63,515 nt of DNA, filler included, from Chiloscyllium plagiosum (GCF_004010195.1; 5 parts of one record of this genome joined end to end with filler, not necessarily neighbours in it); one strand, 5' to 3'; shown: positions 25,101 through 39,894, counted from the whole stretch's first letter. Numbers and translations are program-made. Notes: generated by a model not told the origin, from the sequence alone.

Positions 25101-28100
25101 GACACTCACGCCATCACCGTCACACGGATCCCCTCACACACACTCCATCAACGTCACCCTGAACCCCTCACACTCACTCGATCACCATCACCCTGACCCC
25201 TGACATTCACTCGATCACCGTCACACTGAAACCCTCACACGCACTCCATCGTCATCACCCTGACACGGTCACACTCACTCCATCAATGTCGTACTGACCC
25301 GCTCACACTCACTCCACACTGCCACCTCCACCCCCTCACTCTCAAACCATCTCCGTCACACTGACCCCGTCACACTCACTCCAACACCGTCACCCTGACC
25401 CCTACAAACTCATTCCATCACCGTCACGCTGACCCCCTCACACTCACTCCATCATTCTCAACCTGACCCACTTTCACTCACTCCATCACTGTCACGCTGA
25501 CCCCCTCACACTCACTCCATCACTGTCAACCTGACCCACTTTCACTCACTCCATCACCGTTACTCTGACCCTTCACACTGACTCAATCACTGTCACCCTG
25601 ACCCCCGTACACTCACTCCATCAATGTCTCCCTGACCCTCTCACACTCACACTATTCCCGACACCCTGACACCCTCACACTCACTCCATCACTGCCACAC
25701 AGACGCCCTCACACTCACTCCATCATCGTCATCCTGACCTCCTCACGCTCACTCCATGTCACTCACCCTGACCCCCTCACACTCTCCCCATCACCGTCAC
25801 CCTGAACCACTCACACTCACTCCATCACCGTCACCCTGCCCCCTCAGACTCACTCCATCACTGCCACACTGACTCCCACACACTCACTCCATCATCCTCT
25901 TCCTGACGCTCTCACATTCTCTCCATCACCCTCACCTAGTCTCCCTCACACTCACTCCATCACTGTCAGGCTGACCCATTCATACTTCATTACCCTCACC
26001 CTGACACCCTCAAACGCACTCCATCAACGCCACGCTGACCCCCTCACATTCTCTCCATCACCTGCTCACTGACCCCCTCACACTCACTCTATCAATATCA
26101 CCCATACCCCCTCACACTCACTCCATCGACACCACCCTGACTCCCACACACTCACTCTATCATCCTCTTCCTGACGCTCTCACAATCTCTCCATCACCCT
26201 CACCTTGTCCCTCTCACACTCACACCATCACTGTCACCCTGATCCACTCACACTGCATCAACCTCAAACTGACAGACTCACAATCACTCCATCACCGTCA
26301 CGCTGACCCTGAACACTCACTCCATCATTGTCAACCTGACTCACTTTCACTCACTCCGTCACACTCACGCTGACCCCTCACATACACTCCATCAGCGTCA
26401 CGCTGACCCCCTCACACCCACTGCATCTCCATCACAATGACCCACTCACGCTCAAATCAACACCGCCACGGTGATCCAGTCACACTCACTTCATCACAGT
26501 CACCCTGACCCCCTGACACTCACTCCATTACCGTCACACTGATCCCCTCACACACACTCCATCAACGTCACCCTGAATCCCTCACACTCACTCGATCACC
26601 GTCACCCTGACCCCTGACACTCACTCGATCACCGTCACACTGAAACCCTCACACGCACTCCATCGTCCTCACCCTGACACCGTCACACTCACTCCATCAA
26701 TGTCGCACTGACCCGCTCACACTCACTCCACACTGCCACCTTCACCCCCTCACTCTAAAACCATCTCCGTCACACTGACCCTGTCACACTCACTCCAACA
26801 CCGTCACCCTGACCCCCTCACAATCACTCCGTCACCGTCAAGCTGACCCCTTCACACTCATTCCATCATTGTCAACCTGACCGACTTTCACTCACTCCAT
26901 CACTGTCACGCTGACCCCCTCACACTCACTCCATCACTGTCAACCTGACCCACTTTCACTCACTCCATCACCGTTACTCTGACCCTTCACACTGACTCAA
27001 TCACTGTCACCCTGACCCCCGCACACTCACTCCATCAATGTCACCCTGACCCTCTCAAACTCACACTATTCCCGACACCCTGACACCCTCACACTCACTC
27101 CGTCACTGCCACACAGACGCAATCACACTCACTCCATCATCGTCATCCTAACCTCCACATGCTCACTCCATGTCACTCACCCTGAACCCCTCACACTCTC
27201 CCCATCACCGTCACCCTGAACCACTCACACTCACTCCATCACCGTCACCCTGTCCCCTCAGACTCACTCCATCACTGCCACACTGACTCCCACACACTCA
27301 CTCCATCATCCTCTTCCTGACGCTTTCACACTCTCTCCATCACCCTCACCTTGTCTCCCTCACACTCACTCCATCACCGTCACCCTTACACCCTCACACA
27401 CACTCCATCACCCTCACGCTGACCCCTCACATACACTCCATCACCGTCACGCTGGCCCCCTCACACCCACTGCATCTCCGTCACAATGACCCCCTCACAC
27501 TCAAACCAACACCGCCATGCTGATCCAGTCACACTCACTTCATCACAGTCACCCTGACCCCCTCACACTCACTACATCACTCTCAACCTGACCGCCTCAC
27601 ACGCACTCCATCACTGTCACCCTGACCCCATCACACTCACTCCCATTACCATCACCCTGAACTACTCACACTTACTCCAACACTGTCACCCTGGCCCCCT
27701 CACACTCACTCCATCACCGTCACCCTAACCCCCTGACACTCACTCCATCACCGTCGCACTGAACCCCTGACACACATTCCATCACCGTTACACTGAATCC
27801 CTCACACTCACTCCATCACCGTCACACTGAACCCCTCACACTCACTCCATCGTCGTCGCCCTCACATGCTCACACTCATACCTTCAATGTCACCCTGCCC
27901 CCTCACACTCACTTCATCACTGTCACCCTGACACTCTCACACTTACACCATCACCGTCACCCTGACCACCTCACACTCTTTCTATGACACTGTCCCTAAA
28001 CCCCTCACACTCACTCCATCACTGCCACCTTGATCCCCTGATAATCACTCTATCTCTGTCACCCTGACAGACTCACACTCACTCTATCTCCATCACACTG

Positions 28101-31100
28101 ACCCCCTCACACTCATTCCATCTCCCTCACGCAGACCCATTCAAATTCACTCCATCTCTGTCACACTGACCCCCTCCCAGCTACTCCATCAACGTTACAC
28201 TGACCTGTTCACACTCACTCAGTAACCATCACTCTGACCCCCTCACACTCACTCTATCACAATCAGCCTGACCCCCTCACACTCACTCCATCACGGTCAT
28301 CCTGATTCTGTCACACTCACTCCATCACTGTCACACAGACGCACTCACACTCACTCCATCAATGTCACCCTGACCCCGTCTCACTCACTCCATCATCGTC
28401 ACCCTGTCCCCCTCACGCTCACTCAATGAAACTCACCCTGAACCCCTCACACTCTCCCCATCACCGTCACCCTGAACCCCTCACACTCACTCCGTCACCG
28501 TCACCCTGCCCCCTCAGACTCACTCCATCACTGCCACCCTGACTCCCACACACTCACTCCATCATCATCTTCCTGACGCTCTCACACTCACTCCATCACC
28601 CTCACGCTGACCCCTCACATACACTCCATCACCGTCACGCTGACCCCCTCACACCCACTACATCTCCGTCACAATGACCCCCTCACACTCAAACCAACAC
28701 CGCCACGCTGATCCAGTCACACTCACTTCATCACATCCACCCTGACCCTCTCCCACTCAGTCCATCACCTTCATACTGAATCCCTCACACTCACTACATC
28801 ACCCTCAACCTGACCGCCTCACTCGCACTCCATCACTGTCACCCTGACCCCATCACCATCACCCTGAACCACTCACACTTACTCCAACACCGTCACCCTG
28901 ACCCCCTCATATTCACTCCATCACCGTCACCCTGACCCCCTGACACTCACTCCATCACCGTCGCACTGAACCCCTGACACACATTCCATCACCGTCAACT
29001 GAACCCCTCACACTCACTCCATCACCGTCACACTGAACCTCTCACACTCACTCCATCGCCGTCACCCTGACACTCTCACACTTAAACCATCACCATCACC
29101 CTGACCACCTCACACTCATTCCATGACACTGTCGCTGAACCCCTCACACTCACTCTGTCACCACCACCTTGACCCAGTCGCACTCACTCCATCACCGTCG
29201 ACCTGACCCACTCACACTCACTTTATCACACACACACTGAAACTCTCACACTCACTCCATCACCGTTATCCTGATCCGCTCACACTCACTCCATCACGGC
29301 GTCCCTCACCCCCTCAATCTCACTACATCTCCGTCACACTGACCCCCTCACACTCACTCCAACACCATCACCCTGACCCCCCTCATACTCACTCCATTAC
29401 CATCTCCATGACCATCTCACACTCACTCATCACCATCACTCTGACCCAATCACACTCACTCCAACACCGTCACCCTGAGCCACTCACACTTACTCCAACG
29501 CCGTCACCCTGGCCCCCTCACATTCACTCCATCACCGTCACGATGACCCCCTGACACTCACTCAATCACTGTCACCCTGAACCTCTCACATTCACTCCAT
29601 CACCGTCACTCTGACCCCCTGACACTGACTCCATCACCGTCACCCTGACCCCCTGATACTCACTCGATCTCCGTCACACTGAATCCCTCACATGCATTCC
29701 ATCGTTATCACCCTGAAACCCTCACACTCACTCCATCAATGTCACCCTGATCCACTCACACTCACTCCATCACCGACACACTGATACCCTCACACCTCAA
29801 TCCATCACCGAAATTCTGACCCCCTGACACTCACTCCATCAACGTCACACTGATCCCCTCACACACACTCCATCAACGTCACCCTGAAACCCTCACACTC
29901 ACACGAACACCATCACCCTGACCCCTGACACTCACTCGATCACCGTCACACTGAAACCCTCACACGCACTCCATCGTCGTCACCATGACACCGTCACAAT
30001 CACTCCATCAATGTCGCCCTGACCCGCTCACACTCACTCCACACTGCCACCTTCACCCCCTCACTCTCAAACCATCTCCGTCACACTGACCCCGTCACAC
30101 TCACTCCAACACCGTCACCCTGACCCCCTCACACTCACTCCATCACCGTCACGCTGACCCCCTCACACTCACTCCATCATTGTCAACCAGACCCACTTTC
30201 ACTCACTCCATCACTGTCACGCTGACCCCCTCACACTCACTCCATCACTATCAACCTGACCCACTTTCACTCACTCCATCACCACCACTCTAACCCACTC
30301 ACACTGACTCCATCACCGCCACCCTGATCCCCTCACATTCACTCCATCAATGTCACCCCGACCCCTCACAATCAAATCATCACTGTCATCCTGAACTCCT
30401 CTCACTCACTCCATCACCATTACCCTGAACCCCTCACACTCACTCCATCAATGTAACCCTGACCCCCTCAGGCTCACTCCATCGCCGTCACCCTGACCCC
30501 CTCACAGCTACTCCATCACTGTCACCCTGATCTCCTCCCCCTAACTCCATCAATGCCACCCTGACTCCCTCCCACTCATTCCATCACCGTCACCCTGACC
30601 CCCTCCCACTCATTCCATCAAGGTCACCCTGAACACCTCACACTCTCGCCATCACCGTCACCCTGACCCCCGCACACTCACACCATCAATGTCACTCTGA
30701 CCCACTCAAACTCACACTATCCCCGACACCCTGACATCCCAACACTCACTCCATCGCTGCCACCTTGATCCCCTCACAATCATTTCATCTCTCTCAACCT
30801 GAGACTCTCTCACTCTCCATCTTCCGTCAAACTGATCCACTAACACCTACTCCATCACCGTTACACTGACCTGTTCACACTCACTCAGTCACCATCACTC
30901 TGACCCCCTCACACTCACTCCATCACAATCATCCTGACCCCATCACACTCACTCCATCATGGTCACCCTGATTCCGTCACACTCACTCCATCACTGTCAC
31001 ACTGACTCGCACACAGGCATTCCATCACCGTCAACCTGACCTCCTCCCTCTCACTCCATTATTGACACCCAGACCCGCTACCTGTAAGTCCTTCATTGCC

Positions 31101-34100
31101 ATCCTGACTCCCTCCCACTCACTTCATCACCGTGACACTGACCCCCTCACACTCTCTCCATCTCCGTCATCCTGACCCACTCTCACTCACTTCATCATCG
31201 TCACGCTGAACACCTCACGCTCACTCCGGCACCCTCACTTTGGACTCTTCACACATGCTAAACACCATCTCCCTGAACCTCTCACACTCACTCCATCACC
31301 GTCACCCTGACCCTCTCACACTGACTCAATCACTGTCACCCTGACCCCCACACACTCACTCCAACAATGTCACCCTGACCCTATCAAACTCACACTATTC
31401 CCGACACCCAGACAGACTCACACTCACTCCATCTCCGTCACTCTGACCCATTCACACTCACTCCATCTCCGTCACCCTGATCCCCTCACACCGTTACACT
31501 GACCTGTTCACTCTCACTCAGTCACAATCACTCTGACCCCCTCACACTCACTCCATCACTATAAGCCTGTCCCCCTCACACTCACTCCATCACGGTCATC
31601 CTGATTCTGTCACACTCACTCCATCACTGCCACACTGACGCCCTCACACTCACTCCATCACCGTCAACCTGACCCCGTCTCACTCACTCCATCATCGTCA
31701 TCCTGACCCCATCACGCTCACTCCATGACACTCACCCTGAACCCCTTACACTCTCCCCTTCACCGTCACCCTGAACCCCTCACATTCACTCCGTCACCGT
31801 CACCCTTCCCCCTCAGACTCACTCCATCACTGTCACCCTGACTCCCACACACTCACTCCATCATCCTGTTCCTGACGCTCTCACACTCTCTCCATCACCC
31901 TCACCGTGTCCCCCTCACACTCACTCCATCACTGTCACCCTGACCCACTCACATTTCATCACCCTCAACGTGACAGCGTCACACTCACTCCATCACCGCC
32001 ACGCTGACCCCTTCACATTCTCTACATCACCCGCACCCTGACCCCCTCATACTCACTCTATCAATGCCTCCCTTACCCCCTCACACTCACTCCATCACCA
32101 TCACCCTGACCCCTCACACTCACTCTATCAATGTCACCCTTATCCCTCACACTCACTCCATCACCATCACCCTGACCCCCTCACACTCACTCTATCAGTC
32201 ACCCTTAACCCCTCACACTCACTCCATCACCCTCACGCTGACGCTTACATACACTCCATCACCTTCACGCTGACCACCTCACACCCACTGCATCTCCGTC
32301 ACAATGACCCCCTCACACTCAAACCAACACCACCACGCTGATCCAGTCATACTCACTTCATCACAGTCACGCTGACCCTCTCACACTCAGTCCATCACCT
32401 TCATACTGACTCCCTCACACTCTCTCCATCACCGTCACCCTGGCCCCCTCACACTCACACCATCAATGTCACCCTGACCCCCTTACACTCACTTCATCAC
32501 TGTCACCCTGACACTCTCACACTTACACCATCACCGTCACCCTGACCACCTCACACTCATTCCATGACACTGTCCCTGAAACTCTCACACTCACACTGTC
32601 ACCACCACCTTGACTCAGGCGACGACACGCTGACACTCTCACACTCACTCCATCACTGCCACCTTGATCCACTCACAATCACTCCATTTCTGTCACACTG
32701 ACAGTCTCACACTCACTCCATCTCCGTCACCCTGACCCCCTCACACCTACTCCATCACCGTTACACTGACCTGTTCACACTCACTCAGTCACCATCGCTC
32801 TGACCCCCTCACACTCACTCCATCACAATCAGCCTGACCCCCTCAAACTCACTCCATCCCGGTCACCCTGATTCCGTCCCACTCACTCCATCACTGTCAC
32901 ACTGACCCTCTCACACTCAGTCCATCACCGTCACCCTGACGCCCTCAGTCTCACTCCATCGCCGTCACCCTGACCCCCTCACAATCACTCCAACACCGTC
33001 ACCCTGACCTTCTCCCACGCACTCCATTATTGCCACCCTGAACCCCTACCTGTGACTCCATCATTGCCACCCTGACCCCCTCTCACTCATTCCATCACCA
33101 TCACCCTTACCCCCTTCACACTCTCTCCATCACCGTCATCCTTACCCACTCTCACTCACTTCATCACCGTCACGCTGAACCCCTCACACTCACTCCATCA
33201 CCCTCACCTTGGACTCTTCACATATACTCGCTCACCTGAAACTCTTACACTCACTCTATCACCGTCACCCTGACATCCTCACACTCACTCCATTAATGTC
33301 ACCCTGACCCTCTCAAAATCACAATATCCACGACACGCTGACACTCTCACACTCACTCCATCACTGCCACCTTGATCCACTCACAATCACTCCATTTCTG
33401 TCACACTGACAGTCTCACACTCACTCCATCTCCGTCACCCTGACCCCCTCACACCTACTCCATCACCGTTACACTGACCTGTTCACACTCACTCAGTCAC
33501 CATCGCTCTGACCCCCTCACACTCACTCCATCACAATCAGCCTGACCTCCTCACACTCACTCCATCACGGTCACCCTGATTCTGTCACACTCACTCCATC
33601 ACTGTCACACTTACGCCCTAACATTCACTCCATCACGGTCACCCTGAACTCCTCACACTCACTCCATCACAATCAACCTGACCCCCTCACACTCACTCCA
33701 TCACGGTCACCCTGATTCCGTCACACTCACTCATTCACTGTCACACTGACCCCCTCACACTCAGTCCATCACCGTCACCCTGACCCCCTCAGCCTCACTC
33801 CATCGCCGTCACCCTGACCCCGTCAAAGTCACTCCATCACCGTCACCCTGACCTTCTCACTCTCACTCCATTATTGCCACCCTGAACCCCTACCTGTGAC
33901 TCCATCATTGCAACCCTGACCCCCTCTCACTCATTCAATCAACGTCACCCTGACCCCCTCACACTCTCTCCATCACCGTCATCCTGACCCACTCTCACAC
34001 ACTTCATCACCGTCACGCTGAACCCCTCACACTCACTCCATCACCCTCACCTTGGAGTCTTCACACAAGCTCGCTCACCTGAACCTCTCACACTCACTCC

Positions 34101-37100
34101 ATCACCGTCACCCTGACATCCTCACACTCACTCCATCAATGTCGCCCTGACCCTCTGAAACTCACACTATCCCCGACACCCTGGCACTCTTACACTCACT
34201 CCATCACTGCCACCTTGATCCCCTCACAATCATTCCATCTCTGTCACCCTGACAGTCTCACACTCACTCCATCTCCGTCACCCTGACCCCCTCACACCTA
34301 CTCCATCACCGTTACACTGACCTGTTCACACTCACTCAGTCACCATCGCTCTGACCCCCTCACACTCACTCCATCACAATCATCTGATCCCCTCACACTC
34401 ACTCCATCACGGTCACCCTGATTCTGTTACACTCACTCCATCACTGTCACACTGACGCCCTCACATTCACTCCATTACGGTCACAATGAACCACTCACAC
34501 TCAGTCAATCACCATCAACCTGACCCCCTCAGGCTCACTCCATCACCGTCACCCTGATACACTCACAGTCACTCCATCACTGTCACCCTTACCTCCCCCC
34601 TCTCACTCCATTATTGCCACCCTGACCCCCCAACCTGTAACTCCATGATTGCCACACTGACCCCCTCCCACTTATTCCATCACCGTCACCCTGACCCCCT
34701 CACAGTCACTCCATCACCCTCACCTTGGACTCTTCACACAAGCTCGCTCACCATCTCCCTGACCCCCTCAAACTCACTCCATCAGCGTCACCCTGACATT
34801 ATCACACTCACTCCATCACTGTCACCCTGACCCCCGCACACTCACTCCATCAATGTCACCCTGACCTTCTCAAACTCACACTATCCCCGACACCCTGACA
34901 CTCTAACATTCACTCCCTCACTGCCACCTTGATCCCCTCACAATCACTCCATCTCTATCACCCTGACAGTCTCACACTCACTCCATCTCCATCACACTGA
35001 CCCCTCACACTCACTCCAACTCCGTCACGCTGACGTGCTCACACTCACTCAGTCACCATCACTCTGACCCTCTCACACTCACTCCATCTCAATCAGCCTG
35101 ACCCCCTCACACTCACTCCATCACGGTCACCCCTGATTCCGTCACACTCACTCCATCACTGTCACACTGACGCTCTCACACTCAGTCCATCACCGTCACC
35201 CTGACCCCCTCACGGTCACTCCATCACCGTCGCCTTGACCTTCTTCCACGCACTCCATTATTGCTACCCTGAACCTCTACCTGTGACTCCATCATTGCCA
35301 CCCTGACCCCCTCTCACTCATTCCATCACCGTCATCCTTAACCACTCTCACTCACTTCATCACCGTCACGCTGAACCACTCACACTCACTCCATCACCCT
35401 CACCTTGGACTCTTCACACATACTCGCTCACCTCAACCTCTCACACTCACTCCATCAAATTCACCCTGACATCCTCACACTCACTCCATCAATGTCACCC
35501 TGACCCACTCAAATTCACACTATCCCCGACACCCTGACACTCTCACACACACTCCATCACTGCTACCTTGATCCCCTCACAATCACTCCATCTCTGTCAC
35601 CCTGACAGTCTCACACTCACTCCATCTCCGTCACCCTGACCCCCTCACACCTACTCCATCACCGTTAAACTGACCTGTTCACACTCACTGTCACCCTGAC
35701 CCCCGCACACTCACTCCATCACTGTCACCCTGACCCCCGCACACTCACTCCATCAATGTCACCCTGACCCCCGCACACTCACTCCATCACTGTCACCCTG
35801 ACCCCCGTACACTCACTCCATCAATGTCACCCTGACCCTCTCAACACTCACTCCATCAATGTCACCCTGACCCTCTCAAACTCAAACTGTCCCCGATACC
35901 CTGAGACCCTCACACTCACTCCATCTCCATCACACTGACGTGTTCACATTCATTCAGTCGCCATCACTCTGACCCCCTCACACTCACTCCATCACAATCA
36001 GCCTAACCCCCTCACACTCAATCCATCATGGTCACCCTGACTCCGTCACACAACCCTCCATCACTGTCACACTGACGCCCTCACACACAGTCCATCACCG
36101 TCACCCTGAGCCTCTCAGGGTCGCTCCAGCGCCGTCACCCTGACCCCCTCACAGTCACTCCATCACCTTCACCCTGACCTTCTCCCTCTCAGTCCATTAT
36201 TGCCACCCTGACCCACTCTCACTCACTTCATCACCGTCACGCTGAACCCCTCACACTCACTCCATCACCCTCACCTTGGAATCTTCACACACACTCGCTC
36301 ACCTGACCCCCTCACACTCACTCCATCACAGTCACCCTGACATCCTCACACTCACACCATCAATGTCACCCTGACCCTCTCAAACTCACACTATCCCCGA
36401 CACCCTGACACTCTCAAACTCACTCCATCATTACCACCTTGATCCCCTCACAATCACTCCATCTCTGTCACCCTGACAGTCTACACTCACTCCATCTCCG
36501 TCACCCTGACCCCCTCACACCTACTCAATCACCGTTACACTGACCTGTTCACACTCACTCAGTTACCATCGCTATGACCCCCTCACACTCACTCCATCAC
36601 AATCAGCCTGACCCCCTCACACTCATTCCATCATGCTCACCCTGATTCCGTCACACTCACTCCATCACTGTCACACTGACGCCCTCACACTCAGTCGATC
36701 ACCGTCAACCTGACCCCTTCTCACTCACTCCGTCATCGTCATTCTGACCCCCTCACGCTCACTCCATGACACTCACCCTGTACCCCTCACACTCTCCCCA
36801 TCACCGTCACCCTGAACCCCTCACACTCAATCGGTCACTGTCACCCTGTCCCCTCAGACTCACTCCAGCACTGCCACCGTGACTCGCACACACTCACTCC
36901 ATCCTCCTCTTCTTGACACTCTCACAGTCTCTCCAACACCCTCACCTTGTTCCCCTCACACTCACTCCATCACTGTCACCCTGAGCCACTCACATTCTCT
37001 GCATCACCCGCACCCGGACCCCCTCACACTCACTCTATCACCGCCATGCTGACCCCCTCACACTCACTCCATCGCCGCCACACTGACCCCCGCATGTTGT

Positions 37101-37775
37101 CTCCATCACCCGCCCCTCCACACTGACCCCCGCATGTTGTCTCCATCACCCGCCCCTCACCCCCTCACACTCACTCTATCACTGTCACATTGACCCCTCA
37201 CACTCAATAAATCACGGTCACCCTGACCCCTCACACTCCATCACCCTTACCCTGACACGCACTCCATCAGAATCACACTGACCCCCTCACATTCTCTCCA
37301 TCACCCGCACTCTGACCCCGTCACACTCACTCTATCAGTGTCACCCTGACCCCCTCACACTCACTCCATCACCGTCACGCTGACCCTCTCACACCCACTG
37401 CACCTCCATCACAATGACCCCCTCACACTCAAACCATCACGGCCACGCTGATCCAGTTACACTCACTTCATCACAGTCATACTGACCCCATCATACTCAC
37501 TCCATCGTCGTAACCCTGACACGCGCACACGCACTTCATCACTGTCACCCTGACCCTCTCACACTTACTCCATCACCGTCACCCTGACCACCCCGCACTC
37601 ATTCCATGACACTGACCCTGAACACGTCACACTCACTCCATCACCATCACCCTGAACCCCTCACAATCACTCCATCACCGTCACCCTGACCCCTCACACT
37701 CACTCCTTCACCGTCACGCTGACCCCCTCACACCCACTGCATCTCAGTCACAATGACCCCCTCACACTCAAACCA
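19132..37775 (+). repeat. C-rich satellite, 34-bp consensus CTGACCCCCTCACACTCACTCCATCACCGTCACC, about 550 units, with higher-order repeats
   Basis: Continuous tandem array bounded by gaps at both ends; diagnostic variant units recur in conserved order. Confidence 0.97.
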
Positions 37776-37875
37776 NNNNNNNNNNNNNNNNNNNNNNNNN
37801 NNNNNNNNNNNNNNNNNNNTTAATTAATTAANNNNNNNNNNNNNNNNNNNNNNNNNNNNNNNNNNNNNNNNNNNN
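37776..37875. other. Artificial contig spacer
   Basis: N44-TTAATTAATTAA-N44. Confidence 0.97.
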
Positions 37876-37944
37876 CCAATATCAGATTCGTTCCATCCCT
37901 GACTCATTAATCCTTGGGTTTTAATGAACAAGGTTGTTGTACAT

Positions 37945-38571
37945 TGTTAAGGACAAGGCCAGACCCCTCAAACATTTTTAAGCACGTAACCCAGACCGTA
38001 ACTGTGGTATTTGAAGGTAAATGTACAGTGCATATTCAATGAGGGAATTAGCTGGTCACACAGCCGAGTTTTAAACAAACAGCATTTATTTGCGAAATTA
38101 CGGAATAAAACAAAATGAACCGAAAACAGAATACCGAACAACTCATCCTATCCAAACCCGACAGGCTATCCCCACTGAAGGATGCTGTTCCAAAGTACAT
38201 GCAACAATCCCAAAAAACAAACCCCTTAGCATAAAGAGTAAAAATGACTCAAAACGCTTACATGTTACAAAATCGGAAGGGCAGAAGGAGAGGGATAGCG
38301 TCCAGTTTCAACAGTGACCCTGACTCAACTAACCCCTGAACTGAACTGACCTGCGCAACCAGAGAGCTGGCGATGCGCCCTTCATTGTATCAGTTTTACT
38401 TTAAAGACTTGAAAGCCTTCTGCCTGAGGAATTATCTGTGAGGTATAAACAAAATGGCCCCCTGTGAAACATTCAAAATTCAGGCATATTGGAAACTTGG
38501 ATCATTTAGAACGTCTCTGGGAAAAGAAAATCAAGGACAACAAAACCTTGTAAAGGGACGGATTTGTGACA
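37945..38571 (-). mobile_element. Solo LTR of Gypsy (Gmr1-like) type, 627 bp
   Basis: TG...CA ends; ACAT duplicated at 37941-37944 and 38572-38575; ends resemble the LTR at 42106-42756 in reverse orientation. Confidence 0.85.
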
Positions 38572-39258
38572 ACATGTCACATTTGGCTTTGGATTGAATT
38601 CGAAAAAAGGAAAGACTTACTGAATGAAGCCAATAAAGTGTGTTAATGTGTTTATGGATTTATATAAAACAGTGCAGAAATGCATTGTGTGTTGAAGATA
38701 CAAAATTGCCTTATTAGTGCAACGAGAGAAATGCCCAGGCAAATCCACACTTCTTGTGTATTGGAGTGCAAATATGCCCACTGGAAATCTATTGGTTGGT
38801 GCCTGTTCTAGTGGAGGAGAGATCAGCAACGTAACAACGTCTTGATTGTGTTTTTTAGGTGGGGGCAGGGATGTGGGGTTCAGGTGGTTACAGAATTGCA
38901 AATAAACAACACAGCAGAATTATCTAGCCTGCACTAAGAAAGCATCCATCATTCTCCCTCACAACTGACTTCATAAGAACAATTCATGATGGGAGATGCA
39001 ACCAATCGCCAGTGATGTCAGCATTCAATCCAGTCCACTAGAACTGTTTGTTCAGTGACTATGATTGATGTCAGTCTGCATGGATTCTAATTATGTCACT
39101 GCAGGATTTCCCTCTCCTATTAGTAAGGATATTCTTTCAATGTGTATTCCATTGCAGCAGCAGATGCATGAACTCCGAGACTAACAGTGATCAACAGCTA
39201 TAGAGACAGGGAGAGGAGAGATCAGAATCAGAGAACCATAGACAGGAATTTTACAATA

Positions 39259-39423
39259 ATGGATGAGAATCTGAGAACATTAGACTGGAATGTTACAACA
39301 ATGGACAGGAGTATATCCTGGGGTCTTTACTATCTCTCCGGGCCTTGGTCAACATTACCCTGGTGGATATTAGGTGTATTCAGGCAGGTTACTATCCCGT
39401 GCTCGCTACTGTTGGTGTACCTG
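39259..39423 (+). pseudogene. First coding exon of a GPR139/GPR142-like class A GPCR, apparently frameshifted
   Basis: One frame gives MDENLRTLDWNVTTMDRSISWGLYYL...; a shifted frame gives IRCIQAGYYPVLATVGVP followed by a phase-1 GTAAGT donor at 39424, matching the YY..L...G.P start of TM1 in GPR139-family receptors. Confidence 0.75.
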
Positions 39424-39894
39424 GTAAGTCTCCCCATCTCTATCCAAGTATTAATCTCATAAACCATGGTGAACTTCATTGCTATTTCTGTTATCTATAT
39501 TTTGCAAATACGGAAACTAATGTTTTCAGTTTCAATTGCACACTCCACTCATCACCAGAATTCCACCACTGTCTTCCCCCCCCCACCCCGACCTCCATTC
39601 TCACAAACATCTGAGAACAAGAATGTTCACAATAGTGATTTCCCATTTTGCCCTGAATTGTTTTATGTCTCGGTATTCTCTCCATCACCAAACCTATCCA
39701 CTACCCGCCCATAATATCCCCAGTCCCCATCTTGGCTTCAGTACTGTTGCTAAATAAACCATTATCTCTGCCTTGGTAACATTCAGATTTCATGTTTCCA
39801 GCTCTCTTCCAAGCACTGTCTCAGTTGCAAATATTTCCATTGCAAGCTTGTTCGGGACTCTAAAGCAAATTCTTGATATGGAAACTGAGTTAGA

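Noticed and set aside
19132..37775. CRISPR-like array or mucin-like Thr/Pro/His/Ser-rich gene
   Set aside because: There are no unique spacers and no cas genes, and the context is eukaryotic. The 34-bp period is not a multiple of 3 and TGA stops recur, so the short ORFs are by-products.
39187..39462. Standalone 91-aa membrane protein or viral env fragment
   Set aside because: Better explained as the GPCR N-terminus read past a frameshift; the family motif and splice donor are in another frame.
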